DNA of 64,000 nucleotides, taken from the NCBI GenBank assembly GCA_026127935.1, contig JAJSLL010000007.1, forward strand, positions 4,574 to 68,573, in the 5' to 3' direction. The first letter of the stretch is position 1. The number at the start of each line of letters is the position of its first letter. This document shows, in pieces, positions 17,883 through 28,305 of the stretch. The notes under the pieces were generated by a model, which searched no databases, was not told the DNA's origin, and saw only the letters and a list, made by a program, of their open reading frames with translations. Origin of the DNA: Thermoplasmatales archaeon (GTDB lineage Archaea; Thermoplasmatota; Thermoplasmata; Thermoplasmatales; GCA-001856825). The translations under genes were made by a program, and so were the position numbers.

Positions 17883-18833
17883 ATGAGTCAATGGGATCTT
17901 CCTGCCATGATCGAATCGAATCCCATAGACGATTTTTATGAGAGAGACAGGGAGATGATGATTGTCGGTACTAAAGTGAATACGATAGTGAGGGGAAGAA
18001 TGAAGAGATACCTTGACAGGAAAGGATTTCTGGAGATTAATCCAGTAATCATATCTCCGATTTCAGATCCGCTGAATCATCCAGTAGACGATCCGACCCT
18101 GAGCTATTACGGGCACAAATACAGACTGACCAAATCGATGATCTTCCACAAGCAACTAGCACTCGTGCACTTTGACAAGATCTATTCATTTTCCCCTAAT
18201 ATCAGGATTGAGCCCATCGAGAGGAAGAGTACGGGTAGGCATCTGGCAGAGTTCACCCAATTGGACCTTGAGGTAAAAGGTGTGACAAGAGAGTATGTGA
18301 TAGACCTAGCAGAGGGAATGATCAACGACTCTATCGTGTGCGTGAAACGATCGATTGACCCCGAAAAACTGAACCCTTACTTGAAAAAATATGAGAAACC
18401 GTTCAAGAAAGTCAGATATCAAGATGCGGTCAGGGAATTCGGTAAGAACTTTGAGGCAACAATGAGTGCTGATGCCAAGGAGCCCTTTTGGATCATCGAC
18501 ATTCCGCTTCAGGAGAGAGAATTCTATGACAGGGAAAAGGACGAGGAGGAGGGAGTACTGATGGACATGGACCTCATCTATCCTCACGGTTACGGGGAGG
18601 CAATAAGCGGCGGGGAGAGGGAACATGAGTACGAACGGATCTTAAAGCGCATTGCAAAGAAGGGACAGAGGACCGAGGACTTCGCACTGCTCCTGAAGGC
18701 AGCCAGGAAAGGTCTCCCTCCGTCTGCAGGATTCGGAATTGGGATTGAAAGATTCGTCAGATTCCTTACCGGTTCTGAAGACATTTCACGCGTGGTCTTG
18801 TTTCCAAAGAAGATCGGAGAATACGTTCTTTGA
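17883..18833 (+). CDS. asnA: Archaeal asparagine synthetase A (AsnRS-like, lacking the anticodon domain)
   Basis: ISPISDPL, LTKSMIFHKQ, SPNIRIE, GRHLAEFTQLDLE, GEAISGGERE, PSAGFGIGIER; no N-terminal OB fold. Confidence 0.88.
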   Translation: MSQWDLPAMIESNPIDDFYERDREMMIVGTKVNTIVRGRMKRYLDRKGFLEINPVIISPISDPLNHPVDDPTLSYYGHKYRLTKSMIFHKQLALVHFDKIYSFSPNIRIEPIERKSTGRHLAEFTQLDLEVKGVTREYVIDLAEGMINDSIVCVKRSIDPEKLNPYLKKYEKPFKKVRYQDAVREFGKNFEATMSADAKEPFWIIDIPLQEREFYDREKDEEEGVLMDMDLIYPHGYGEAISGGEREHEYERILKRIAKKGQRTEDFALLLKAARKGLPPSAGFGIGIERFVRFLTGSEDISRVVLFPKKIGEYVL

Positions 18834-18934
18834 ACTTTTTTTCTCATTATTTTATCGCGTCGATCTGTCAATAGAAAACAGAACATTGGTCACTTCAAGT
18901 GTGAGTCAAAGTTTATTACGCTAAATTTCTATTT

Positions 18935-19447
18935 ATGCAGGTGAGTAGAGACCGCTATCCAGAACTACTTACGAGGATGGAAAACAGGGGGAATAAAGTA
19001 AAGATTCGAGTAACTATTGCATCTGGCGCTATAATAGTCATGCTGATGTTTGCAATTGCACATTACTATAACCCCCCAGAAAAAACAAATGTGACGGTCA
19101 ACCTGAGTGATATTACTGAGACTTTGATAAAGAAGAACACAACCATATTAATCAAGCCGAATAGTACCGCTGGCTTCCGTGAAACATTGAACTATAACTC
19201 TACGTTGAATGGCAGGTTTAATTCTACAGGAGAAGTCACATTCTATGTTCTGAATCAAACGGAGTACCTTTCACAAAATTCGAGTGGTAGTCTTGCTTAC
19301 ATTTATACCACAGGAACCACAACGAACCACAGCGTTCAAGTCACTCTCCAGTCGGGAACATATTATCTGGAATTCTACAATACAAACGATTCCAATCCGG
19401 TCACGGTGCAGCTGACCGAGCCATTCACCATATCATTTTCTACCTAA
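18935..19447 (+). CDS. Membrane-anchored hypothetical surface protein
   Basis: One N-terminal hydrophobic helix, many N-x-S/T sequons, SGTYYLEF beta-sandwich-like motif; start may be ATG 18977. Confidence 0.6.
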   Translation: MQVSRDRYPELLTRMENRGNKVKIRVTIASGAIIVMLMFAIAHYYNPPEKTNVTVNLSDITETLIKKNTTILIKPNSTAGFRETLNYNSTLNGRFNSTGEVTFYVLNQTEYLSQNSSGSLAYIYTTGTTTNHSVQVTLQSGTYYLEFYNTNDSNPVTVQLTEPFTISFST

Positions 19448-19805
19448 GCAAAACTCAAGCTTTCAACAAAGTTACTGCGATTCAAGTCAGTTATTGGAAA
19501 GCGACCCGGATGAACCAATCATTGCCTGCTAACACCTGGTTGGCATACAGAGGATTGGACACATTGAGGGAAGAGTCAAGTAGGTGTTGGCAAAGATTGT
19601 AACTATTTTCCAGAATTATGTATGAAGTTGAACAATCAATTCATTTGGCCTGCAGAATTGCAAGTAAATTTTTTTACAATTTGGCATGGAAGAGGGCTTA
19701 CAATTTGTGTTAACGAATTAGACGGGGATTCATTCTTTTAGCATCACTCCTTTGTAAGAAAATATAATAAGCTCTTTTCAATCTTCGGAATGGAGTGAAA
19801 AAAGT

Positions 19806-20897
19806 TTGAAGCTCTACGTTTACATTATCCGAAGGGTTCTACTGCTCATCCCAGTTATCATCGGAGTCACTCTCATAACATTCTACCTGTCTCATCTTAA
19901 CATCGGACTTCTTGTCACTGAGTATGAAGGCAAAATACACACATACGCACAGCGAGTCATAGTCATGAAAGAACTCCACCTCAATGGACCCGTTTGGGCC
20001 CAATACCTCTATTATCTTGGTGCTTTGTTCACTGGGAAGTGGGGCTTTGTCTCCCCTGGAGACATCGATCCTGGCGTACCAGTCTTTACGGAATTCTTGA
20101 AAAGATTTCCTCCGACTGCAGAGCTCGCACTCCTGGCCACCTTGCTTATTCTTGTCATGGGTCTTCCTCTGGGAGTTTTGAGCGCGGTAAGAAAGGATCG
20201 GGCAACCGATCACGCGACAAGACTGGGAGCAATGGCAGCTGTCTCGATACCCTCATTTTGGCTGGGCCTGCTCGTACTGAATTTCATGCTGGCACCAACC
20301 GTATCATTCTTACCTCACTGGCTGGTGCTGTATGGTAATGGACAGTTGAACTGGTCGGTATATGGTTACTGGCACGGGAAGATAGCACCTTTTGTTTCTC
20401 CCACAGGGGGTTTATCACAGCCAACCGGATTCCTTCTCATAGACACACTCGTCTATGGGGACTTTCCAGCATTCTTCAATGCATTATGGTATGTGTTTTG
20501 GCCATCCCTCGTGGTGGCCCTTACTACGTTCGGAGTCATCATTAGGTTCATGAGATCAAGTATGCTTGAAAACCTTGGACAAGATTACGTACGAACTGCC
20601 AGATCAAAAGGAGTTCCGGAACAATTTGTAATAAAGAAACACGCAAGGAGGAACGCCCTCGGTTCGAGCACGACTGTTATGGGACTGATTTTTGCTTCTC
20701 TGCTAAGCGGTGTTGTAGTCACCGAGATTGTTTTTAGCAGACCTGGTATGGGAACATGGCTCTATCAGGCTGCATACAACAATGACATGGTTTCAGTAAT
20801 GGCCACAACTTTCGTCTTTACAGTGGTAATCGTAGCTGCGAATCTCATCGTTGACATAATGTATTCATATCTGGATCCAAGGGTGAGACTCGAATGA
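19806..20897 (+). CDS. dppB: Dipeptide/oligopeptide ABC permease DppB
   Basis: YIIRRVLLLIPV, PPTAELA, SIPSFWLG, RSSMLE..QDYVRTARSKG, YLDPRV. Confidence 0.9.
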   Translation: MKLYVYIIRRVLLLIPVIIGVTLITFYLSHLNIGLLVTEYEGKIHTYAQRVIVMKELHLNGPVWAQYLYYLGALFTGKWGFVSPGDIDPGVPVFTEFLKRFPPTAELALLATLLILVMGLPLGVLSAVRKDRATDHATRLGAMAAVSIPSFWLGLLVLNFMLAPTVSFLPHWLVLYGNGQLNWSVYGYWHGKIAPFVSPTGGLSQPTGFLLIDTLVYGDFPAFFNALWYVFWPSLVVALTTFGVIIRFMRSSMLENLGQDYVRTARSKGVPEQFVIKKHARRNALGSSTTVMGLIFASLLSGVVVTEIVFSRPGMGTWLYQAAYNNDMVSVMATTFVFTVVIVAANLIVDIMYSYLDPRVRLE

Positions 20898-21838
20898 CGA
20901 CTGAATCAGTGGGGTCTGAATTTTCGAGGGCGTTGAAGAAACGTCTGGAATCATCCAAGAGGAGTTTCTATTTCCTAACAAGGAGCCCTCTCGCCACAAT
21001 TGGTCTGGCCATTGTTATATTCTATGTTATCCTCGCGATCATAGGACCCAGGCTGGCGGGAGGGAATCCCAGCGTAATGACCGCTTACCCTATATATCAC
21101 GGTCAGCCGATAATATTCAATCCCATTCCTCCATTCGAATATGCAAAGTTCCCCCTAGGCACGACGATCGGAGGGTACAGCATATATGAGGGAGTACTCA
21201 AGGGTGCGAGGGTCGATCTGGAGCTCGCTTCCATTATAGTATTTAGTGGTGCTTTGATAGGCACAGTTCTGGGAAGCATTGCGGGGTACAAAGGAGGTGC
21301 CTTAGGAGAGGCCATCATGAGGGGAACGGACATCTTCCTTTCTCTGCCTTACATAGTTCTGGCAGTGGCTTTCTTGACTGTATTTGGAAGATACGAATCG
21401 GTTATGATAGAGTCGCTCATCCTCATATGGTGGCCAACCTACACGAGGATTGTGAGAGGCCAGGTTCTGAGTGTTAGAGAACAAAAATATGTGGAGGCCT
21501 CCGTAGCCGCAGGTTCTTCGTCGCTGAGGACAGTGATAAAACACATCATTCCCAATTCCATCTATCCAATTTTCGTGCAGATATCCCTGGATTTCGGGAA
21601 CGTAATACTCACACTAGCCTCACTCTTCTATCTTGGATTCACATTCGCAGGACCTGGTTTTGCCGAATGGGGGAATCTCTTGTCAAGGGCTACGTCCGCA
21701 GGTACCGGAGGAGCAGCCTTGGAGAGCTATCCATGGGCGGTAACCATTCCGGGACTAGTGATCCTGATATTTGTTCTGGCCCTCAACCTGTTCGGCGATG
21801 GCCTCAGAGACGTACTGGACCCTAGGATGAGGAGGTGA
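20894..21838 (+). CDS. dppC: Dipeptide/oligopeptide ABC permease DppC
   Basis: PLGT, RIVRGQVLSVREQKYVEAS (EAA loop), HIIPN, NLFGDGLRDVLDPR. Confidence 0.9.
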   Translation: MTTESVGSEFSRALKKRLESSKRSFYFLTRSPLATIGLAIVIFYVILAIIGPRLAGGNPSVMTAYPIYHGQPIIFNPIPPFEYAKFPLGTTIGGYSIYEGVLKGARVDLELASIIVFSGALIGTVLGSIAGYKGGALGEAIMRGTDIFLSLPYIVLAVAFLTVFGRYESVMIESLILIWWPTYTRIVRGQVLSVREQKYVEASVAAGSSSLRTVIKHIIPNSIYPIFVQISLDFGNVILTLASLFYLGFTFAGPGFAEWGNLLSRATSAGTGGAALESYPWAVTIPGLVILIFVLALNLFGDGLRDVLDPRMRR

Positions 21839-23280
21839 ATAAATTGGTCGGAGAAGCATTAGTTGTCAAGGATCTCAAGACTCAATTCTTTATTTATGAT
21901 GGCGTTGTAAAATCACTGGAAGACGTAAGTTTCGTCCTGAAAAAAGGAGAGGTGCTAGGAATTGTCGGAGAGACAGGTTGTGGAAAATCTGTTACTGCTT
22001 ACAGCATCATGAGACTCATACCTGATCCACCAGGAAGGATTATTTCAGGTCAGATCAAGATGGGTGACTACGACCTCATAAAGGGAATAGACCAAGAGGT
22101 TGACATAATTCTAAAAAAGAGACCCAAGATAAGGCATCACAACAAGATAATCAAGAAGAATGAATATCTATACAACAAGATTCGAGGAAGGTACATCTCG
22201 ATGATTTTCCAGGAGCCAATGGCTGCTCTCAATCCTGTCTTCACTGTGGAAGACCAGATAGTGGAGTCGCTATATCTCCACAGCAAGACCAAGATTCTGA
22301 GGGTCATCAAATCCGCTTCAGAGCATATTTCAGATCTGCAGTCATTCAAGGACAAGGGCGGCATAACTTCAGAACTTAGTGGCGAGATAGGGGCTGAACT
22401 TCAAAAGATCAAGATTCAGAAGAAGGGGTTTGAGTCAGAAGAGAAGCACCTGGAAATGCTAATTGATGAGGCAACAAAGTACCTTGCAAAGAAGGACAAG
22501 TATGACGAAATGCTCAAAGAATCAATAGAGGTAGATTCGCTGGAGGGTACCCTCTTTGGGAATGTTAGCGAAGAAGAGCGGGCAAGGATATTGAAGGTTT
22601 TATCGAAAGAGGCGAAGAAATCGCACCTCATGGGATTGACCAAGAGACTCAAGAAAAAGAATCCCGATCCCGTGATAAGCGAGGCCAGAAGGGAGGCTTT
22701 TGGACTCCTTGAATCTGTCAACATACCAAATGCATTCCAGATATTGAAGAACTATCCGCACGAACTTTCTGGGGGTATGCTGCAGAGGGTCGTTATTGCA
22801 ATTGCTCTGTCAAACGATCCTCAGATACTGATTGCGGATGAACCAACTACCGCACTGGATGTGACCATTCAGGCTCAGATATTGGAGCTGCTCAGGGATC
22901 TCAGAAAGAATAGAGGGACATCCATCATCCTCATCACCCACGATCTTGGCGTCATTGCGGAGATGTGTGATAGGGTTGCGGTCATGTATGCTGGAAATGT
23001 AGTGGAAACTGCTCCGGCGATTGAGCTTTTCCACAACCCAAAGCACCCGTACACGATAGGCCTTCTTCAGTCAATACCAAGAATAGACGATCCAACAAAG
23101 AAACTTAACATCATTCGAGGCACCGTGCCCAACCTCATCAAGCCTCCAACCGGATGCAGGTTCAATCCAAGGTGCCAGTTTGCTTTCGACAGGTGCATTG
23201 TGGAGATACCGCCCACGATCGAGACATCGGATGGGCACACCGTGGCTTGTCATCTATTCAGTGGCAAGGAGGTGAGATAG
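21835..23280 (+). CDS. dppD: Peptide ABC ATPase DppD with large internal insertions
   Basis: Walker A GETGCGKS, IFQEPM, YPHELSGGMLQR, IADEPT, HPYT, C-terminal GCRFNPRC..C..VACH. Confidence 0.9.
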   Translation: MNKLVGEALVVKDLKTQFFIYDGVVKSLEDVSFVLKKGEVLGIVGETGCGKSVTAYSIMRLIPDPPGRIISGQIKMGDYDLIKGIDQEVDIILKKRPKIRHHNKIIKKNEYLYNKIRGRYISMIFQEPMAALNPVFTVEDQIVESLYLHSKTKILRVIKSASEHISDLQSFKDKGGITSELSGEIGAELQKIKIQKKGFESEEKHLEMLIDEATKYLAKKDKYDEMLKESIEVDSLEGTLFGNVSEEERARILKVLSKEAKKSHLMGLTKRLKKKNPDPVISEARREAFGLLESVNIPNAFQILKNYPHELSGGMLQRVVIAIALSNDPQILIADEPTTALDVTIQAQILELLRDLRKNRGTSIILITHDLGVIAEMCDRVAVMYAGNVVETAPAIELFHNPKHPYTIGLLQSIPRIDDPTKKLNIIRGTVPNLIKPPTGCRFNPRCQFAFDRCIVEIPPTIETSDGHTVACHLFSGKEVR

Positions 23281-24456
23281 ATGAGTGAAATTCTTCTGAA
23301 GGGAATTGGTATAAGAAAGTACTTCCCCATAAGGGGTGGCGTGTCCGGCAGAACGCTTGGCTATGTCCATGCGGTAGATGATGTCAATATTACCATTTAC
23401 AAGGGCGAAACAATTGGAGTTGTGGGGGAATCTGGATGCGGAAAGACGACTCTTGGTAGGGTAGTTCTCGATCTCATAGATCCCACTACGGGAGCCCTGT
23501 TCTACAAACCCAATGAATCAGAAATGAGTCAGCTAGAACAGCTCTATTCCGAGTTGACGTCCGGAGGAGCGAGGGAACTCAAGAAAGAAGAGAAAAAGAT
23601 ACTGAACACCACGAAGGACAACATATACAAGAGCAGGAGAAGGAAGAAGGATTTCAGGAGCAGAGTCCAGATAGTATTCCAGGATCCAGTCTCTTCTCTT
23701 GATCCAAGAATGCTCATAAAAGACGTGATATTCGAACCTATAAAAATAAACGGGATTCCGGTAGAGGGAGAAAATGACAATGGTAAACAGAAAAGGGTCA
23801 AGCTGAGAGGCGATGCTGCGACAAAGTACATCCTCGACATAGTTACTGAAATGGGACTCAATGAGGACCACCTCTTCAGGTTCCCTCACGAATTCAGTGG
23901 CGGTCAGAGACAGAGGATCGCTATCGCAAGAGCGATAGCGGTGAAACCCGAGTTCATTGTCCTGGACGAGCCAACTTCCGCGCTAGACGTTTCAGTTCAG
24001 GCACAGATACTCAGTCTCCTGAAGACCCTGCAGCAGAAGTACAACGTGACGTACATGTTCATCACACACAACCTTGCGGTCATAAGGGCGGTCAGCACCC
24101 GGGTCATAGTGATGTACCTTGGGAAAATAGTGGAGGAAGCACTCACGGATGAGTTGTTCGAATATCCGATCCATCCATATACTCAGGCACTCATTAGTGC
24201 AATACCTATCCCGGACCCCAACTTTAGGAGATCAAGGATAGTCCTCAGCGGGGATGTGCCTTCACCGGCCAATCCGCCATCAGGCTGCCGGTTCCACACC
24301 AGGTGCAGATTTGCAAAGGAGATTTGCAGCACGGAGGAACCCAAGCTCAAGGAGATAAGGACGGGACACGTAGTGGCGTGCCACTTTGCAGAGGATATAC
24401 TCAAGACGGAATCTGAACACACCGGAATAAAGAAGATCTCCGAGATCGCCATTTAG
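23281..24456 (+). CDS. dppF: Peptide ABC ATPase DppF
   Basis: GESGCGKT, FQDP, PHEFSGGQRQR, LDEPTSALD, GCRFHTRC..VACH; SD GGAGGTG upstream. Confidence 0.9.
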   Translation: MSEILLKGIGIRKYFPIRGGVSGRTLGYVHAVDDVNITIYKGETIGVVGESGCGKTTLGRVVLDLIDPTTGALFYKPNESEMSQLEQLYSELTSGGARELKKEEKKILNTTKDNIYKSRRRKKDFRSRVQIVFQDPVSSLDPRMLIKDVIFEPIKINGIPVEGENDNGKQKRVKLRGDAATKYILDIVTEMGLNEDHLFRFPHEFSGGQRQRIAIARAIAVKPEFIVLDEPTSALDVSVQAQILSLLKTLQQKYNVTYMFITHNLAVIRAVSTRVIVMYLGKIVEEALTDELFEYPIHPYTQALISAIPIPDPNFRRSRIVLSGDVPSPANPPSGCRFHTRCRFAKEICSTEEPKLKEIRTGHVVACHFAEDILKTESEHTGIKKISEIAI

Positions 24457-24467
24457 CGGGGTCACCC

Positions 24468-24779
24468 TTGACCGGGAGGAAACAGTTGCTCATTCCTAAG
24501 AGAGTAAAGGGCTCAGAAAGACAGGAGCTGGTGGATCAACCGGGTAAGAGCTGGAAACGGTGGGCGAGGGAGGATCTTGCAAGGTACTGGTATGTGATAC
24601 TGTGTATGTTCCTAGACCTTTCACTCAACTTGATGTTCGTTGAGAACTACTCGAGATATCACGACGAGCTGGATCTGATCCTCTCAATAGCGTCTGCAGT
24701 TGCCCTTGTACCCATCATATATCTCGAGTACAAGATATACGAGAAACTCTTTTCGTTTCGTTTTTCAATGCTGGTATAA
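24468..24779 (+). CDS. Small two-TM hypothetical membrane protein
   Basis: Two hydrophobic helices; lies within the dpp cluster; start uncertain. Confidence 0.5.
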   Translation: MTGRKQLLIPKRVKGSERQELVDQPGKSWKRWAREDLARYWYVILCMFLDLSLNLMFVENYSRYHDELDLILSIASAVALVPIIYLEYKIYEKLFSFRFSMLV

Positions 24780-24891
24780 AAAGGCTTTAGGTTCGGCAAA
24801 TTCTTTTCGATAAGTGAAAATCGCCGTATAACACGTGTTCGGAAACTGAGAAACCTTTAAGTATAGTTTATGAGTAAGGGGCTGAGGTTTT

Positions 24892-27726
24892 ATGACACAA
24901 CAGACAGATTCACAGCCAGCCCCCGCACCGCCGAAAAAGGGGTCAGCTGTGAAATGGGTAGTAATTGTGGTCGTCGTGATAGTCATTATAGCCGGAGTGG
25001 TTGTCGCGCTGACGTACAAACATCCAACAACACCACCAAACGGTGGATTCCACGCTCTTTCAGTAGCACCATCGGCAAGTGGAATAGTAGCAATAGCGAA
25101 CTCTAGCATAACATTCTTCCCTGGGACGCCCAGTGGATATAAGTGGACACAGGTAACCTGGAACTTTGGTGACGGAAGTACTTTAACAACGAATTCGACG
25201 GCAGGAGTATCTCACACGTATAAAACTCCTGGAAGCTATCTGGTAGACGTTTATGCGGTAGCTGCAAATGCAACGGCATCTGGAAATAATTCGTTGATCC
25301 AAGTCACAATAGATCCGCCACTCACTCCAACTCCAGGAGCAATTTACGGACCAGTCATATGGACAACAGCATCTGGTAACCAGACGATCAACTCTGGTGG
25401 ATATGCTAACATGTCCTTCCAAGGATCTGCTGATACTCCTCCATTGACGGTTGGATCTGCAGTACCTGGTGACGTGTCGTACACAATACAGTCATTCTCT
25501 TGGAATATCGACAACGGAACCCAAGTCATAAATGACAACAACACTGGTTTGCCCGAAACAATAAACACGACATTTAATGCGGGAGTGCACACAGTCGAGC
25601 TGACAACAACAAGCAGCAGCTCTTCTGGAAGTGTGACAGGTAACTACATTCTTACAATTTACGCAGGCAACTATTCAGTAACAACGAACATCCACAAGGG
25701 AACAGTCGACACCAGTCAGATAGTTAACGCAGAATTCCTACCTGGAAACCCGAGAACACTTGATCCCGCTCTGTCCTACGATACTCAATCGTACGAAGTC
25801 GTTTACGAAATATATCAGTTCTTACTCGGATACAATGGATCTTCCACAAGCCAGTTCCATCCTGTTATAGCGACAAACGTGCCGTCTACGGCGAACGGTG
25901 GATTGTCAGTATCAGGAGCCTATACGAACATAACATTCTACATCAACACATCCATAAAATTCTCCAATGGAGATAACGTAAACGCATACGACGTCTTTGA
26001 GAGTTTCGCGAGATCCATGCTGTTCGGTAACAATTCAGCAACAGCAGCTTGGATACTTGATCAGGGCTTACTGCCTGGATTGAGCATATACGGACCGTTC
26101 GATACAAGCTACTACTGGATACACCACGCAATCACATATAGCAACGCCTCACAGAGTGTCACATTCCATCTACTGCCTTCAACCCCAGTCTATGCATACG
26201 CAAGTGAAGTTGGAGGAAATGGAACGAACGTTTCCACGACTTATTCAAACCACCTTGTAGAATTCATGAATGCGACCGGAGTTACTTCAGTCGAGGTATA
26301 CAACTACGGAGTTGCTGGAATATTCTATCAGTTCTTGGCTGGACCAACTGTATCTGAAGTCATGGACAGCAGCTGGCTAGTTGCGCACGGAGGATCACCC
26401 GGAGACAGCAACGCATCATTCGCAGCATTCTCCAACTCTGCAACTACACCAAGTGCGGTAGTGAACTGGAACCAGTACATCAAGAACAATCCTATGGGAA
26501 CCGGACCCTATGTGCTTAGTCTGAATCAACCTGGAGAAATTGTACTGACTCTGAACCCATACTACAATCAGGTCCAGAATGGAGTTCCTGCGAGCAAGTT
26601 GATACCGAAGGTCATACTTGAATACCTTAGCAACGAGCAGGAAGCAATGAATCAACTGGAGTCTGGATATGCTCAGTTTGCAGCTGGTACGGCAACAGTC
26701 ACAGAGATTCCAACCCTACAAGCGATGGTCAAAGCCGGAACACTGAGTTCGGAAATTGTAACGCAGATGGATACGTTCTTCTGGGCTTACAACTTTGACA
26801 TTAACGTGGCCGGTGCGAAAGGACTTGACAGCAAGTTCAACGCACCAGCCAGCTTCTTTGTCAATCTAAGCGTTAGAAAGGCATTCAGCTATGCGTTCAA
26901 CTATTCCTACTACATCAACGATCTCAACTCTGCGGATGGAATCCCACTCGCTGCAGTTGAATCCGGAATACTACCTACAGGAATAGGAAACTTCCCATCG
27001 AATCTCTCGTCCTACGGACCTGAGCCCAACTACAATGCCAACGGTAATTTGGCACTTGCTGCGAAGTACTGGAATCAGACCAATTATTCTGCAGGGAGTA
27101 CGGTCTATCACATCCCGATAGTGGATCCTTCAGGAGCGGTTTCACAAGATGCAATGGTACAAATCTGGGGGGCAGCAATTAGCGCAGTTACCGGAGGAAA
27201 AGTGCAGATAGACCTGATTGACATTCCGTTCGGTCAGGAAGTAACAGACACATCCCTCGGTGGACCGGGAACGAATCCGATGCCCGTCTACTATTTGGGA
27301 TGGATAGATGACTATCCTGCAGCTGCTGACTTCACTGCGCCAATTATCGGCCATCTGGGAATATATTCCTATCCTGACGGAATAGACCCTGCGGTCTTCA
27401 ACAACTCGTCATTTGAAGCTGCACAGGGAATGACTGCCGCTCAGAACGCGGATGTAGCTCAACAGTGGGCAAACATCAGTGCAATGTGGAATGCTCTCGA
27501 CGCTGCAAACCTTCAGCCACCTACAGCAGCCGGAAATCTCGCCGTGACGGCATATAACTACAATGCTAGCAAGATCGACATTAACGAGTTCTTCTACGTG
27601 GGAACAATCCAGGGTGTCGGTCCAGCATACTACAGTTCTTCGATCTCGTCCTCGTCACTTGAGCCGACTAGAAACGTTGCGGTAGGATTCAGCTTCGTGA
27701 TATACAACGCTATACAGTACTCTTAG
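24892..27726 (+). CDS. Peptide ABC substrate-binding protein (SBP family 5) with N-terminal anchor and PKD-like domains
   Basis: TM VVIVVVVIVIIAGVVV, PKD motif WNFGDGS..HTYKTPGSY, TLDPALSYD, GTGPY, VRKAFSYAFN, GWIDDYP. Confidence 0.85.
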   Translation: MTQQTDSQPAPAPPKKGSAVKWVVIVVVVIVIIAGVVVALTYKHPTTPPNGGFHALSVAPSASGIVAIANSSITFFPGTPSGYKWTQVTWNFGDGSTLTTNSTAGVSHTYKTPGSYLVDVYAVAANATASGNNSLIQVTIDPPLTPTPGAIYGPVIWTTASGNQTINSGGYANMSFQGSADTPPLTVGSAVPGDVSYTIQSFSWNIDNGTQVINDNNTGLPETINTTFNAGVHTVELTTTSSSSSGSVTGNYILTIYAGNYSVTTNIHKGTVDTSQIVNAEFLPGNPRTLDPALSYDTQSYEVVYEIYQFLLGYNGSSTSQFHPVIATNVPSTANGGLSVSGAYTNITFYINTSIKFSNGDNVNAYDVFESFARSMLFGNNSATAAWILDQGLLPGLSIYGPFDTSYYWIHHAITYSNASQSVTFHLLPSTPVYAYASEVGGNGTNVSTTYSNHLVEFMNATGVTSVEVYNYGVAGIFYQFLAGPTVSEVMDSSWLVAHGGSPGDSNASFAAFSNSATTPSAVVNWNQYIKNNPMGTGPYVLSLNQPGEIVLTLNPYYNQVQNGVPASKLIPKVILEYLSNEQEAMNQLESGYAQFAAGTATVTEIPTLQAMVKAGTLSSEIVTQMDTFFWAYNFDINVAGAKGLDSKFNAPASFFVNLSVRKAFSYAFNYSYYINDLNSADGIPLAAVESGILPTGIGNFPSNLSSYGPEPNYNANGNLALAAKYWNQTNYSAGSTVYHIPIVDPSGAVSQDAMVQIWGAAISAVTGGKVQIDLIDIPFGQEVTDTSLGGPGTNPMPVYYLGWIDDYPAAADFTAPIIGHLGIYSYPDGIDPAVFNNSSFEAAQGMTAAQNADVAQQWANISAMWNALDAANLQPPTAAGNLAVTAYNYNASKIDINEFFYVGTIQGVGPAYYSSSISSSSLEPTRNVAVGFSFVIYNAIQYS

Positions 27727-27732
27727 AACAAA

Positions 27733-27760
27733 TTTTTTCTATTTTTTTATTTTTTTCCAC
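27733..27760 (+). terminator. Oligo-T archaeal terminator
   Basis: Three consecutive T-runs just after the SBP stop codon. Confidence 0.65.
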
Positions 27761-28305
27761 ATTTTTCATAAGATACTTTTATGAGAGTTTCTTTTTTATC
27801 TATGTCCCTTTGATTACTTGATATTTCGTTCCATTCTCTTCAAAGTAACTGTACATCCAGAATGAATAGGTAAGTGAAGAATAACCAACCTGTTTGATTT
27901 CATACTTGGGAAGTGCCTGCACCGAATTTGTCCCTATTCCCAACCTGATTATTGACGCAGATGCATTAATGTAAAAATGATTCTGGAGGAAGTGCAAGAA
28001 CGGGGAGAAGTCTATTGTGTACTCCATTGAATCACTCATATTGATGGAGGGCATAAATGCATAATCAGGAAAGTATCCTGATGCGCTCGTACCTCTCTCA
28101 AGGTACCGTTAACCATCTCCTTTTACCATTAACTTGGACGGGAGTTGTGAAATGCTGCCCCGACATCGCTCCCTTCGATAACGAAATAGATGGTACTAAG
28201 ATTCTAGTAAAACCACCTTAGAATTATCAGCACAGAACTTTAAAATATTTTCTCCCATGTCTTGTAGGGATGCTCCTTTAGGATTCCTTCTGGGATATAT
28301 CGAAT

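Noticed and set aside
22280-22680. Possible intein in DppD
   Set aside because: No N-terminal Cys/Ser block, no HN-C/S/T junction and no LAGLIDADG motifs
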